DNA from: Psilocybe cubensis
Taxonomy: Eukaryota
Length of the DNA: 64,000 bases
Assembly: GCA_017499595.2 (NCBI GenBank)
Contig: CM039010.1
Location: 1,860,001-1,924,000 of the forward strand
Direction of reading: 5' to 3'
Numbering within the stretch: the stretch's first letter is position 1; each line of letters begins with the position of its first letter. The notes below the pieces were generated by a model. The model did not search any database, was not told the DNA's origin, and saw only the letters and a program-made list of their open reading frames with translations. Positions 51,002 to 62,965 of this stretch are shown piece after piece. The position numbers were made by a program, and so were the translations under genes.

Positions 51002-54000
51002 TTGGTGAAAGACATGTCCCAATGGAATAGATTTAATGTACTAGAAAATGAAAATGACAGACTTGATCCTCAGTCTTCAGATTCTGGTGCAGAAATCATG
51101 TCTTCTTCTTCCTCTCTTTCTACCTTCCCTGAAAAGATCTACATCCTCAACCATAATCCTAAAACCTCTACCCATTTGTCTGTCATCTTAAAGACAATGG
51201 ACACAGAGAAAAGGTTATCTGTTGATGCTTTGCTTGATTCTGGAGCTACTGGCCTCTTTCTGCATTCTGGTTTTGTGAAGTATCATAATCTCAACACAAG
51301 AAAACTTCCTAGAGCCATTCCAGTCTATAATGTTGATGGTACTCTCAACAAGAGTGGCTCTATCCATGAGGAAGTAGACTTAATTATGGTATACAAGAAC
51401 CATACAGAAAGGGCCACCTTTGCTGTTTGTGACTTAGGAGACAAATCTGCTATCATTGGACATACTTGGCTTTGGCACCATAATCCAGATGTTGATTGGA
51501 AGACAGGGGATGTTCAGTTTATTAGATGTCCCTCTGACTGCCAAATGGAAGCCAAAAAAGCCAGAAGAAAGAGGCAGAGAATAGCTGCAGTCAAAAGGAG
51601 GAAACTCCCTCAATTTAATGAAGAAGGAGATGATTCTATTGAAGATTCTTCTGATTCTGAGATTGAGCCTGAGGACAGAATTTTTATCTCATATCTTCAT
51701 CCTCAGAAGCAGTCTATTAATGCTACTTCTACTATGTCTCAAAGATTAGCAGAAAAGTCTCATCAGCAAGCTGATTCCCCTAAGAAAACCTTTGAAGAAA
51801 CTGTTCCTAAGCACTATCATCAGTTTAAAGGTGTTTTTTCAAAAGAATCTTTTGATAGGCTACCAGACAGAAAGCCTTGGGATCATGCTATTGAGCTGAA
51901 ACCTGGTTCTGAACCTTACAAATCCAAGATTTATCCTCTTTCTCTCAATGAACAAAAGGAACTTGATGCCTTTTTAGAGGAAAATCTGAAATCTGGCAGG
52001 ATTAGACTCTCCAAGTCACCTATGGCCTCCTCTATATTCTTTGTCAAGAAGAAGGATGGATCTCTTAGGCTTGTCCAGGACTATAAGAAACTAAATGAAA
52101 TGACCATCAAGAACTCCTACCCCCTTCCATTGATTTCTGACATTATCACCAAACTCAGCAAAGCCAAATACTTCACCAAACTTGATGTTAGGTGGGGATT
52201 TAACAATGTCAGAATCAAAAAGGGAGATGAATGGAAAGCAGCCTTTAGAACCAATAGAGGGCTGTTTGAACCATTGGTCATGTTCTTTGGTTTAACCAAT
52301 AGTCCTGCTACCTTCCAAACTATGATGAATGATATCTTTATTGAGCTCATTGATGGAAATGTTGTCATTGTCTACATGGATGATATTTTAATTTTCACTG
52401 AGACTCTTGATCATTATAGAGAGGTAGTCAAGCAAGTTCTGCAAATCCTAGAACAGAACAAACTCTACCTTAAAGCAGAGAAATGTGAATTTGAAAAGGA
52501 AAAGATTGAATATCTTGGACTAATCATTTCACAAGGCAGGATTGAGATGGATCCTGTCAAGGTAGAGGGAGTTTCTAAATGGCCTGAACCTGAAAATGTC
52601 AAGGATGTCCAATCATTCTTGGGATTTGTTAATTTTTATAGAAGGTTCATAGAGGATTTTGCAGACATTGCTAAGCCTCTTCATGAATTGACAAAGAAAG
52701 GAACAGTCTGGAAATGGAGTCTTAGACAGCAGGAAGCCTTTGAAGGACCCGGGAAGCTCCCCTAAGGCCTTGTCCGGGGTTTGGCGGATTTGAGGCCGAA
52801 AAAAGGCCAAATCCCTGTCCGTTTTTCGCGGATTTAAGGGCGCCGCAGGCCAACCATTGTCCGGGGCCTGCGGATTTGAGGCCGGGTCCACAGCCTGAGG
52901 TGGCCAGCGGCAGTCAGATTTTCTTTTATTTACACAAATTCATTCACATACATTATCTAGTTACCAGATGAGGAATTTATGGACGGACATGACTCAGACG
53001 ACGATGATGCTGATGCATCAACCCCCGTGCCGGACTTCACTTGTATACCACATCCACCACGAAGGAAATACTACCTCCACACTCATGCACGAGTTAGCGA
53101 CGTTATATACAACCTTGGCTCTTGTGCACTTCATGGTGAATATCACTCAAAGAAAACTCTTAGTCCTCAGGGAGCTTTCTTGTGGAGAAAGTTTGCTAGA
53201 TCAAATATTCAGAAGGCCATTGGTAAAGCCAACGAGTCACTACTCAAAATACGTATTCCTGGTAGGAAGACATTGTAATTAGTACTTATCTCTTTCTCTC
53301 AATGTGTATTATGACTGCGAGACGCTGTTTAAAGCAAAATATTGTTAAAAACGAGGTGGAGAAATGTGCTGCCCCGCAGGGAGAAAATTTCTTAATTAGG
53401 AAGGACCCTGAGGAGGTCTGTCCGGTTTCGCGGATTTGAGGCCCCAAATCTCGCGGATTTGAGGGCCAAATTCGGGGTCGAGGCCGGACAAGGCCTTAGG
53501 GGAGCTTCCCGGGTCCTGCCTTTGACCAGTTAAAGAAGAAAGTCACTTCTTCACCTGTTTTGATTTTCCCTAATGATAACAAGCCATATAAAGTTGAAGC
53601 AGACAGTTCAGATTATGCTACTGGGGCTGTTTTATCTCAGGAAGGATCAGATGGGAAATGGCATCCTGTAGCCTTTATGTCTAAGAGTCTATCTGAAGTA
53701 GAAAGGAATTATGAGATCCATGACAAAGAGATGCTGGCTATTATCAGAGCACTAGATGAATAAAGACATTATCTTGAAGGAACCCAACATTCCTTTGAGA
53801 TTTGGACAGACCACAAAAACTTAGAGTACTTTATGGTTGCCCAAAAGCTCAGCAGAAGGCAAGCCAGATGGTCACTCTTTCTGTCCAGATTTGATTTTAC
53901 TCTTCATCATAGGCCTGGTAAAAGATCTCTCAAGCCAGATGCTTTGTCTAGGAGACCAGATCATAAAAAGGGGGAGAATGATAACCAAAATGTAGTTCTC

Positions 54001-55336
54001 CTTAAACCTTCCTACTTTAAAATCCAGGCTCTCAAGCAGGGTCATGCTACCATTACTGGTGCAGAAAATGATCTTCTTAAGAAGATTAGAGAAGCTAAGG
54101 AGATGGATGAAAAGGTGGTCAAGGCAGTTCAGGAGCTCAAGAAATCTTCTACCAAGAAGATTGAAGGACAGGAATGGTCAGAAGAACAAGGTCTTATTCT
54201 CTACAGGGGGAAGGTGTATGTTCCCAAGGACAAAGATCTTAGAAGAAAAATTGTGGAACTGCACCATGATGCCTTCATTGCTGAACATCCAGGGAAATGG
54301 AAGACAATTGAGCTAGTCTCTAGGAATTATTGGTGGCCAGGAATGTCACATTTTATTGCAGCCTATACCAGAGGTTGTGATAGATGCAACAGAACCAAAA
54401 CATTCCCAGCCAAACCTCTTGGCCTTTTAATTCCTACTGAGATTCTCTCTGATGTCTGGCAATGCATTTCTGTGGACTTTATTATGGGGTTACCAGAATG
54501 TCAAGGGTATAATGCCATTATGGTGGTTGTGGATAGACTTAGTAAAATGATCCACATTATCCCTACTACAGATGAAGTCACTTCTGAAGGGACAGCCAGA
54601 CTATACAGAGATTATGTCTGGAAACACCATGGCTTACCCATTAAAATTCTGTGTGATAGAGGTCCACAGTTTGTCTCAAGGTTTATGAAAGAACTCAACT
54701 CAATACTTGGTATCCAGACAGCCTCATCTACAGCCTACCATCCCCAAACTGATGGTTAGACTGAAAGAGTTAACCAAGAAATTGAGCAGTATCTTAGACT
54801 CTTTATAAACCATAGACAAGATGATTGGGTTGAATGGTTAGCTCTACCTGAATTCTCTTATAACAATAGAGTTCAGGCTTCAACCAGGCAGACACCATTC
54901 ATGCTCAATAATGGCAGACATCCCAGAATGGGCACTGAACCCCTTAGAGATAGTAAAATGGACACTGTGGATACCTTTGTGAAAAATATGGAAGAAGCCA
55001 GAAAAGAAGCAGAGTCTGCACTTAGAAAAGCTGCTAATAATATGGCTAAATTCTATAATAGACACAGAGGTACTCCAACTCAGTACAAAGTTGGAGATTT
55101 GGTATGGTTGGATGGCAAGGACCTCAAAACTGATAGGCCCTCCAAGAAATTGGATGATAAAAGATTATGGGCCTTACAAAATTACCAAAGTTATTAGCCC
55201 TAATGCCTATAAGCTTAAACTGCCATCTACCATGAAAATCCATCCAGTGTTCAATGTGGTTAAACTTCTACCTTATCACCCAGATATTGTAGGAAGAAAG
55301 CCTCCTTCTAGACCACCTCCTGTCACTCAAGGAGAA
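51002..55336 (+). pseudogene. C2 pol, interrupted by the 8-bp-TSD element; its chromodomain is inverted to 62134-62428
   Basis: Collinear with C1 pol; stops at 53761 and 54757. Confidence 0.93.
52744..53517. mobile_element. 774-bp non-autonomous TIR element with an 8-bp TSD
   Basis: Perfect 34-bp TIR AGGACCCGGGAAGCTCCCCTAAGGCCTTGTCCGG; TSD GCCTTTGA; C1 shows the empty site. Confidence 0.96.
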
Positions 55337-56585
55337 TATCTTCTGTCAGGGCAACACTATAATCAGTGTGACAAGGCCACCAACAAAGATCAAGCAAGAA
55401 AGAGAGAGAGCAGAGGAAGAGTAAGAGAGCAGGGAGAAAATAAGAGAGTGAGAGAAACTCAATGATTCTAAGAGATCATACCAATGATAGTGGATATCCT
55501 AAGAGATTGAAGCTAAAGCTACAGCTACCTACAAGTCCAGTATTTATACTCTACAGCTATTCTAGAATATTCCCTACATTACATCATAAAGGAAGGTTAA
55601 AGAATAAAAGTGACATCATATAGAAAAAGGATGAGTAAGACTAGGAATCATATAGAATTTACTAGAAAGAAGTGGAGCAAGAAGGCTGTGATGAAAGAAA
55701 TAAACTATCTAATCAGATAATTGATAAGATAATGAAAGGATAAGATACATCAGCAAAAGTGACCAAGTCCCCAAATGCCTTGTCAAGGCATTTGGAGGCG
55801 ACCAAATGCCCCAAGGCCCAAATGGCCTTTTAGATTGACTAATTAGAGACTCGGAATTTTGAAATGCTTTAAATCATTCAATAAACCCAATGTTTTAGCT
55901 AGATCTAAATTTAATTACGAGTCTTTACGTAAGTAAAGATGAGTTCTTTTATCCCCACAACCCAGCGAGCAAAAATGTCCTCGCCAATTGTCCCCATCAA
56001 AATATTATTGATGCGATCAATGTTGTTACCGCTATCGGTATTTTCCTTAAGCGGTCACCGGACCCCCTAAGCAACCCCTTTCCAATTCATTCTACGACTT
56101 CTTTTTACCATTGGTTACTTTAAAGGTTGTTTTTGATTTGTTTTGATCGCAATGTGAATGTGCGTTTCTATAAAATTAATTATACCCAACAACAATAGTC
56201 CTACTCAATTCACTTTTTTGCGTAGTTGTTTAATTTTTAAAACCATGTGGAACCGTCTAGACAACGTGCTTATATATTGTACTAATACTTAGAGATGGAA
56301 CAAATGCACTCTTTGAACTATGGGTCTGAAAGGTTGGAAATAGAACTGTGCAGGCACACACGTTCCTTGATATTGGTAGCTTCATCAATCAGAGTTCAAA
56401 TAGAAATAATTACGCGTTCTTGGGTTCTGGGCATTCTGTACTATTTGAATTTGATTTTCTGATTCATGATCGTTTCTCACGCATACCAATTTGTTCTTCC
56501 CCTATGTCGGGCGTCTATCGGCTTACAGTTAATATATTTATTGACGTAGTATAGACAATGCACTTTTCTCCGCACTGTTTTACCC

Positions 56586-59422
56586 ATGGCTTCCGCGTTA
56601 TCCCCCCGTTTCCAACAGTATGTTCACTGTTTTATCTCATTTGGTTATTACTTATTTTTTAGAGTCTTTCCGCCTCCCATGGACAATGTGTACATGGATC
56701 AGATGGATCTGAAAACCCTCTACCGTTTCTCTTGGACTTGCAAGGAGCTAAATGACCGCGTTTCGGGCTATATGCGCCGCGCCTTCCATCCCAAAAATTT
56801 ATTTGCTCCTATCTTCAAACCCAATGAACATTTGCTGTTTCGTCTTCTCCAGTTCAAGACTGGCCTGGTTATTTCAGGTTCCACCGTTTTGCATTTTACT
56901 TGTTTTAGTGGTCCAACGCAAAGCGTGGCATGACAAGACTTTACATCTCACAATTGTATAAAATATTTTTTAATCTAGATTTATATAACATAGTTAATAT
57001 ATATTAATATGTTCTGAATGCACAGCCAGATACTGGGCAAGGTTATGATTAATTACTATGACTTAGGTCTACTACAAGCTTAGTTGTGTCAGACACAAAA
57101 AATAGCTGCACAGGTTATAAGGCCTAATTGTAAGGAAGAACTTGTCTATTATAATTTTCATACCTGCTAAATATTGAAGAATTCCAAATCTGCTGGGAGA
57201 ATCCCGTATGGAAAACTGATGGAAGAATGCTCATGTGTATGGCTGCCCAAGTGGGGACATATTTCCCATAAATATAATTTTCTTATTTTTGAAAAGTGCA
57301 TCAAGAGTGAAACAATATTGTGTGCAAAAACATTTGTTTGGTGCGCATATTTCTTTTTGGTATAGTTTGATGTTGCTGTGAACACAATTGGCTGTGTGGA
57401 AACATATTTCAAGCATAATTTGCAAGTGTTAGTGCATTATTTCTTCCCCAAAATACATTCAATGCATGGAAATCATTATTCAAAATGACCATCTCTTGAC
57501 CAAAGTGGCCAGTGCTCAATGCAAATTGAGTGTAGTGACCGTGGGAATATCCTGCGTACAGTGTGCGCAGGATATTCCCACGACCTGCTTATTAATTCAC
57601 GGCCAGTACAAACACCACAGCAAGTAAAATATAATAAGATCATCTAAACTAGGACTGAAAATAATTATTATTGCCAAAAATACTTGTATTTTACCTAAAG
57701 TATATGCAATGCATCTCAGTAATATATCAGGAATTACCAGAGAAGTTCAAGTTGCTCAATGCAAAGTGCGGCAACCATGAGAATAACTTGCATACACTAT
57801 ATGCAAGTTATTCCCACAGTCTGCTTATTAATTCATGGCCAGTATGAACAGCACAACAAGTTTAATATGACAAGTTATTTGAAGTGGCATTAAAGATAAT
57901 AGCTAGATACATAATGTTTATTATTCTTTATTCTATGCCACCACAGTCTGCTAGTCATTCATGCTAAATTTTTTTTGATAACAATAAAGCATTCTATTTA
58001 CCTCTACTTGCCGTTAGAGGTGTATAAAGCATGCAAAACAGTTGGTATGTAATTGATTGTGACTAATTAATGGCCTTAAATCAGTTGAATGAGGTTATTA
58101 TTATAAAATTTTTGGTTATGAGCGATGATTATCTGCGTCAAAATGTTTAACTTGCAATTAAAAAGTCATAATGTAATGGTATCTAATTTTGTTTTCTACC
58201 ATATGGCAGCTAACCTATCTACCTAGCTAATATCTAGTATTTTAATTTCCATATCCCCTTGGTAGGAACAAAAACTAACAGAAATTCTATGATAGTAACC
58301 AATTATTAAGTCAAGCATACCGGTTAAGTAAAAAACCGGTATTAATCACGCAATTTTGATGGCATCAATGATTTACTGATGGGGACAATTGGCAAGGACA
58401 TATTTTTGTACAGTGGGTTGTGGGGATAAAAGAACTCGCTTTACTTACATAAAGTTTCGTAATCAATCGTGCTAATATATGGATTCCGGGTGACATGGAC
58501 ATGTATGTCGAGCACAGATAAACATCCTCTTCATCGACATTACAATACCACTGGAGTGGTCGTTAACCTATGGTGCCAAGGTTCTTTTGTCCAACTGATT
58601 ACGACTTATCAATCGGTGGTAGAGTGCATTTTGGGGTATCATAGCAGTATGTCCCCAATATCATGTGTCAAAACAATGTTAACTTCAATTTTGTTCTACT
58701 GCAGCCGGCGTCATGAATTTTGTTACCTTTGAGAAGGTGTACAGCTTGTATCCAAATGCTACCTTTGGACATCAAGTCTCTCTGTTGCAACCTTCTGCCG
58801 ATCTCAAGCGCGCGCAAAAATTTCTTGCAAAATATCATTCCCGTGGCTTGAAATTTGTTCTTTCCATTCCATTGCAAACTTTGAAAATGGACCGCCATAT
58901 CCAAAGCAGGATACAGTCTATCAGGGACAACGTAAATGTTGGGTATAGTTCATCTCGTGGTCATGTTCTCGTTGTGCTGGATTACGATCCTTATCTAGAG
59001 TTGTTCTCTCCTGGGATTAGACGGGTTGGCGACAGGCATTGTTGGGTTTATTCTTTGCCTCTTTTACCCAAAGCAAATCAGACTTTCTTTGTTGAAGCCA
59101 ATTCGTGGGCATTGTTGCTCAATGAATTTGATTGTTTGCATTTTGGTGTCCATTGCATCAGCAGTATCGCATTAGATTTTCACTACACAGCGGCAGATGT
59201 TTACCAATTACACAAGCGTGTCAAAAAAGCTATCAAATCCTGGGAAAGGGGTATAAGGTGTGTGCTCTTTAGTTTTAGTATTTGTCAACTTAATTCCTAT
59301 AATGTAGGCAAAAAGATGACCGTGTACATGCAACTGTTTTGTATTTGCTATCCAGAAAGGCAGATATTTTTTGGTTGCATCGCCCTCAACCACAAAGCCT
59401 CTTGTGGAATGGATATTTGTAA
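56586..59422 (+). pseudogene. F-box-like / Pol-beta nucleotidyltransferase-like protein, split by H2
   Basis: N-terminal MDLKTLYRFSWTCK; excising H2 gives ISGSTVLHF-IPGDMDMYVE; later VQLI..ILGYHS, VMNF..YSLYP and RRVGD..W. Confidence 0.65.
56899..58483 (-). mobile_element. Helitron-like derivative H2, nested in inverted orientation in H1
   Basis: Minus strand A|TCCATATATTAG ... GCCACGCTTTGCGTTGGACCACTAAAACAAG|T; inserted between A and T with no TSD. Confidence 0.82.
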
Positions 59423-59519
59423 TTTCTTCCATCCTTAGTCAAATTTTTGTTCGAAATAAACTTGTGTTCTCGTCCTCATTCTTTTTGTCTTAATTTGTAA
59501 GTTTGACTTGCGGATGAGC

Positions 59520-59699
59520 GTGGGAATATCTTGCGTACAGTGTACGCAGAATATTCCCACGGTCAACCTCTCCCGATATTCAGCCGAGTGTGGGAATATT
59601 CTGCGTACAGTGTACGCAGAATTCTCCCACGGACTTCCTTGCCGATATTCAGCCGAGTGTGGGAATATTCTGCGTACACTGTACGCAGGATTCTCCCAT
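59520..59699. repeat. Three 41-bp palindromes in ~70-bp tandem units
   Basis: Consensus GTGGGAATATTCTGCGTACA-G-TGTACGCAGAATATTCCCAC at 59520, 59590 and 59659; related copies at 57541 and 57777. Confidence 0.93.
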
Positions 59700-59845
59700 G
59701 GGGTGCCAACTAACACCTTCAGATAATTTCCTGTCATGAAAATGACTTGACAAATTATTCCTTGTTATTTACAATGTTCACGCAAATGGATTAATTGTTC
59801 GTTCAGCACATTTATGATATCCTTGTCTTTCTATGTACATATGTA

Positions 59846-60820
59846 TTAATCTTGGGACATAGTATTGCTATTGTGGACTGTGTCCTCATTTAAGCGCATA
59901 CGTGCCATCCTCTGTTGCGTGTCTTCAATGTCAATCTGACCTTTGTACAGCTGCCTCTTTGTCCTACACAAAACAGCAACCTATCTTTTCGCTGGAGTAT
60001 AGCGCGACCGCATTCTGAGAATATCAGCTTTCTGTTGGAAGTTATGAATAGCTATGAGACTGTTCAATGTAACATTGCTTACCTCTCTTGCCTCCTGGTC
60101 CAAGACAAGTATTCCGCAAAGAGCAACAACAAATTTGTACTTGTTTCCTTGGGCAGGAAATGCGACAAAGGCAACACTGATCTCGACAATGTCTCCAATT
60201 CGTATGGAGGCAGGATTATAAGAATAATATCTGTTGCAACATGATATTAGTTTGGTTGTGATGTGTTGTTGGTATTTTCTAAACATACCTGGCTGTTCCG
60301 TCAGGAAGTATCTCCCGACAAAGAAACTGTACCTTGTTATCGATTGCGTGGATGAAACTGTCCCCTACCATGGACGCCAACACGTTATCAGGGTCGACCA
60401 GGGGATGAAAATCTATGTTGTCAGATTTGTCTTGATATGCGGATACCTTCGTGAAATATTGGCTATGTGCATGGAAAACATTGAAACCCGTGTCTTTGTG
60501 AAGAACTGGGTCATAGCCGCTGACGCTGTCCGCGGGAAAATTGTTTGCAAAACGGAGGAAAACTTCTTCTAGCTTTTCCATCACCTTATTGAACACAATG
60601 TCTCCGAGTCCCGTGATAGCAATGGCGGTACGTAAATATGGTTGTTGCTTGACCGTTCTGTCGCGGCTGTAACAGTCCTCATTTGTAATTAATTCACCTC
60701 AATGGAGTGGACGTACAAAGCAGGCTTTGCCATTGGTGGTAGCATCTTGTCGCTAACTATGCCTTGGAGTCTGAATATCACTTCGTCCATTGCACCGATA
60801 TCCACGTCAAAGTTGGACAT
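59846..60820 (-). CDS. Spliced hypothetical protein, possibly an OB-fold ssDNA-binding protein
   Basis: MSNFDVD..EVIFRLQGIV..LPP, VDPDNVL and PASIRIGDIVEISVAF..LCGILVLD; short introns. The fold is inferred from a beta-rich pattern. Confidence 0.5.
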
Positions 60821-62965
60821 ATTTATATTATATTATATATATATTATATTATTACAAAGCGTGACGCTGAATCGTAAAGACTCGTCATGCCACGCTCCGC
60901 GGTGGCCCACTAAAACAAGTCAAATCATTTGGGTAAAATTTGGGAGACCCAAAAACATTTGGATAACATTTAAATTGCATTTGAGAGCCCTGAGAACATT
61001 TAGGGTTCACCCAATATTGACACAATGATATATTTTGCATATTTCTACTCCTGGCAGCCACTTCAGGTGTTCACACAATAGGATGTAGTAATTCAATTAA
61101 AATATTATTGAAAGATATTCAAACAAAAGAGGGTACACAGAAATGACTGAAAGAAAGCGGATTCAAGTTCATTAGTGGTACAATCTGGGCGCTGGGAAAA
61201 CATGACGGAGTCACGTGATTGAATTGATGCGCTACAAGATCTACACTGGTTGATGAGTCACGGTCAAGTAAATGTAAATATATGCGCATATACGTACCAA
61301 TAAGTTGACCAGAATGGGTGTCTGGTTATCAGATACACTCTAGAGAAAGAAGTAATCAAGGCAGATGAAGAAAAAGCCATAAAAAGGTATAAAATAGTCA
61401 GTCAGGATGGTATGATGAAAAAGAGAGCATGTCTCTCACCTTTTCAGCTCTATACCAGTCTTGAAGGGCCAAAAAAGAGGCATGGAAGTATTAAGTGAAA
61501 CTAGAGAGCGCCGTCATCAGAGTGGTGGAAATGAAAGGGTAGAAAGAAAGCGACTTGGGCGTGTCTCAGATTATTATGCTCAAAACGGATATTTAGTCTC
61601 CAATTTAATTTGTCAGAGGAGACGGCCTCTCTAATTTGTATTTCTTGAAGTCAAATTTCTCACGTACATGTAATTCTTATGACAATGGTGTCGTATTGGA
61701 AACAACCTGCCCACGTCATAGGTATTACATGTGGTCAGTTAAATTTTCCATACCTAAATCATTTTGAACATATTTGAAGCCCTTTAATCATCAGTGTCAA
61801 CAAAAAGTTAAACTCAATGTTTTATTCTTTGTTTTTATTTTTAATCAATTGTTCCCTGCAAGTTTTATGGCAAACAAATTATTAAGAAATAAATGTAAGT
61901 ACATGGAATATTTTGTACTGAACTTTGAGGTGTATAAATGTTTGTGGAGCATTCAAATGCTCTCCAAATGTTTTGTGCACCTCCAAATTTTAGTGAAATG
62001 TTTTTGTGTGATTTAACCTGTCACGCAAAACATTGACCTGCTTAAAAAGGCACAAAAGGCATTTGGGGATCTTGTCACTTTTGCCGATGTAATTCTGTGA
62101 AGATAAAGAGGGGAAACTGGAGAAATCCTGACATCACGCCCTCTCTAAGGCACATTTTCCACAATGTGCATATGGATGGGTTAGTTTAGAGGGTTTAAGA
62201 AGAGGAGAAGGTTCAGTAAAGTTAATAATAGGAATGAAAGAAAGTCTATCAAAGGTCACAGCAGAAATCCTTCTAGGTGCTGAAGGGTGTTTGGCATGGA
62301 AGTCCTTGATAGCCTTAGAAACATTTTTCAAGTGCTCTGCAGGCTCCCAAGTGCATTCTTCATTAGGATAGTTCTTCCACTTGACCAAATATTGAAGTTT
62401 GTTTCTAAAAAGTCTGCTGTCCTTGATACATAGTGTTGCCCTGACAGGTAGATGCCGTGAATCTTGAAAACGGCATTGCAGCAGTCCTGGCGCGGACCGA
62501 TGGTGTCAGCGCGCTAGTTTGGCTCCTGAATAAAGATGTGACAAAGAGATATAATTAGCTATGAGTAAAAACAATGAAGTAGAAACAAGAAGAAAACGTA
62601 CCATAACTTAAACAGCGCGGTTGAGAATACCAAAGATAATAGGCGCCTGGTCTTTGTCTTGCACAGCGGATGTATTGACGATAGTTAAAGGGATGAAAAT
62701 CATTGCCCAAACACTGTCGGTGATGGGAATAAGAGGGTCGGCAGTATTGACAGTTGACATGATGCAAAAGAAGTTAGAAGGCAAGAAGCTATCAGAGGGC
62801 GATGCTGTTAGTCCAGCCAAAAATAACAGTTATTTATATGGACTGGCAATGTGCAGACTTAGCAGGAATCAGTGCAAATATATTTGTGCTTTGATAGCCA
62901 AATCCACTAAGTGACAAGGATAGGAGGCTGACTAAGAACAGTCAGGTGCTTTAGTTTGGGGGAAA

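Larger units (their letters stand above)
55904..60919 (+). mobile_element. Non-autonomous Helitron-like element H1 carrying two genes
   Basis: 3' hairpin GCCACGCTCCGCGGTGGC (60889-60906) then CAAG|T; 5' A|TC (start uncertain, 55886-55904); both ends are shared with H2. Confidence 0.75.
55748..62089. mobile_element. T3: TIR element with a TA TSD inside the C2 LTR
   Basis: 33-bp imperfect TIR CATC(A/G)GCAAAAGTGAC..CCCCAAATGCCT; the empty site GATAAGA-TA-ATTCTG is seen in the C1 LTRs. Confidence 0.93.
48955..62446 (+). mobile_element. Chromovirus C2 (same family as C1) with a rearranged 3' end
   Basis: TSD GGTAG at 48950-48954 and 62447-62451; 5' LTR 48955-49399; inverted LTR 55344-62133; 17-bp LTR tip 62430-62446. 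Confidence 0.93.
47977..62760 (-). pseudogene. Spliced antisense accessory gene of Gypsy D, split by C2
   Basis: ATG at 62760 (MSTVNTADP); the frame is restored across C2 (KIHGIY-QAVQNAQ); several short introns and premature stops. Confidence 0.68.

Noticed and set aside
55915-58462. Separate TIR transposon bounded by ~110-140-bp inverted repeats
   Set aside because: Better explained as the 5' ends of H1 and the inverted H2; matching 3' ends exist at 60919 and 56899.
59520-59699. CRISPR-like array of palindromes with spacers
   Set aside because: The two spacers are similar to each other, the context is eukaryotic, and there are no cas genes.
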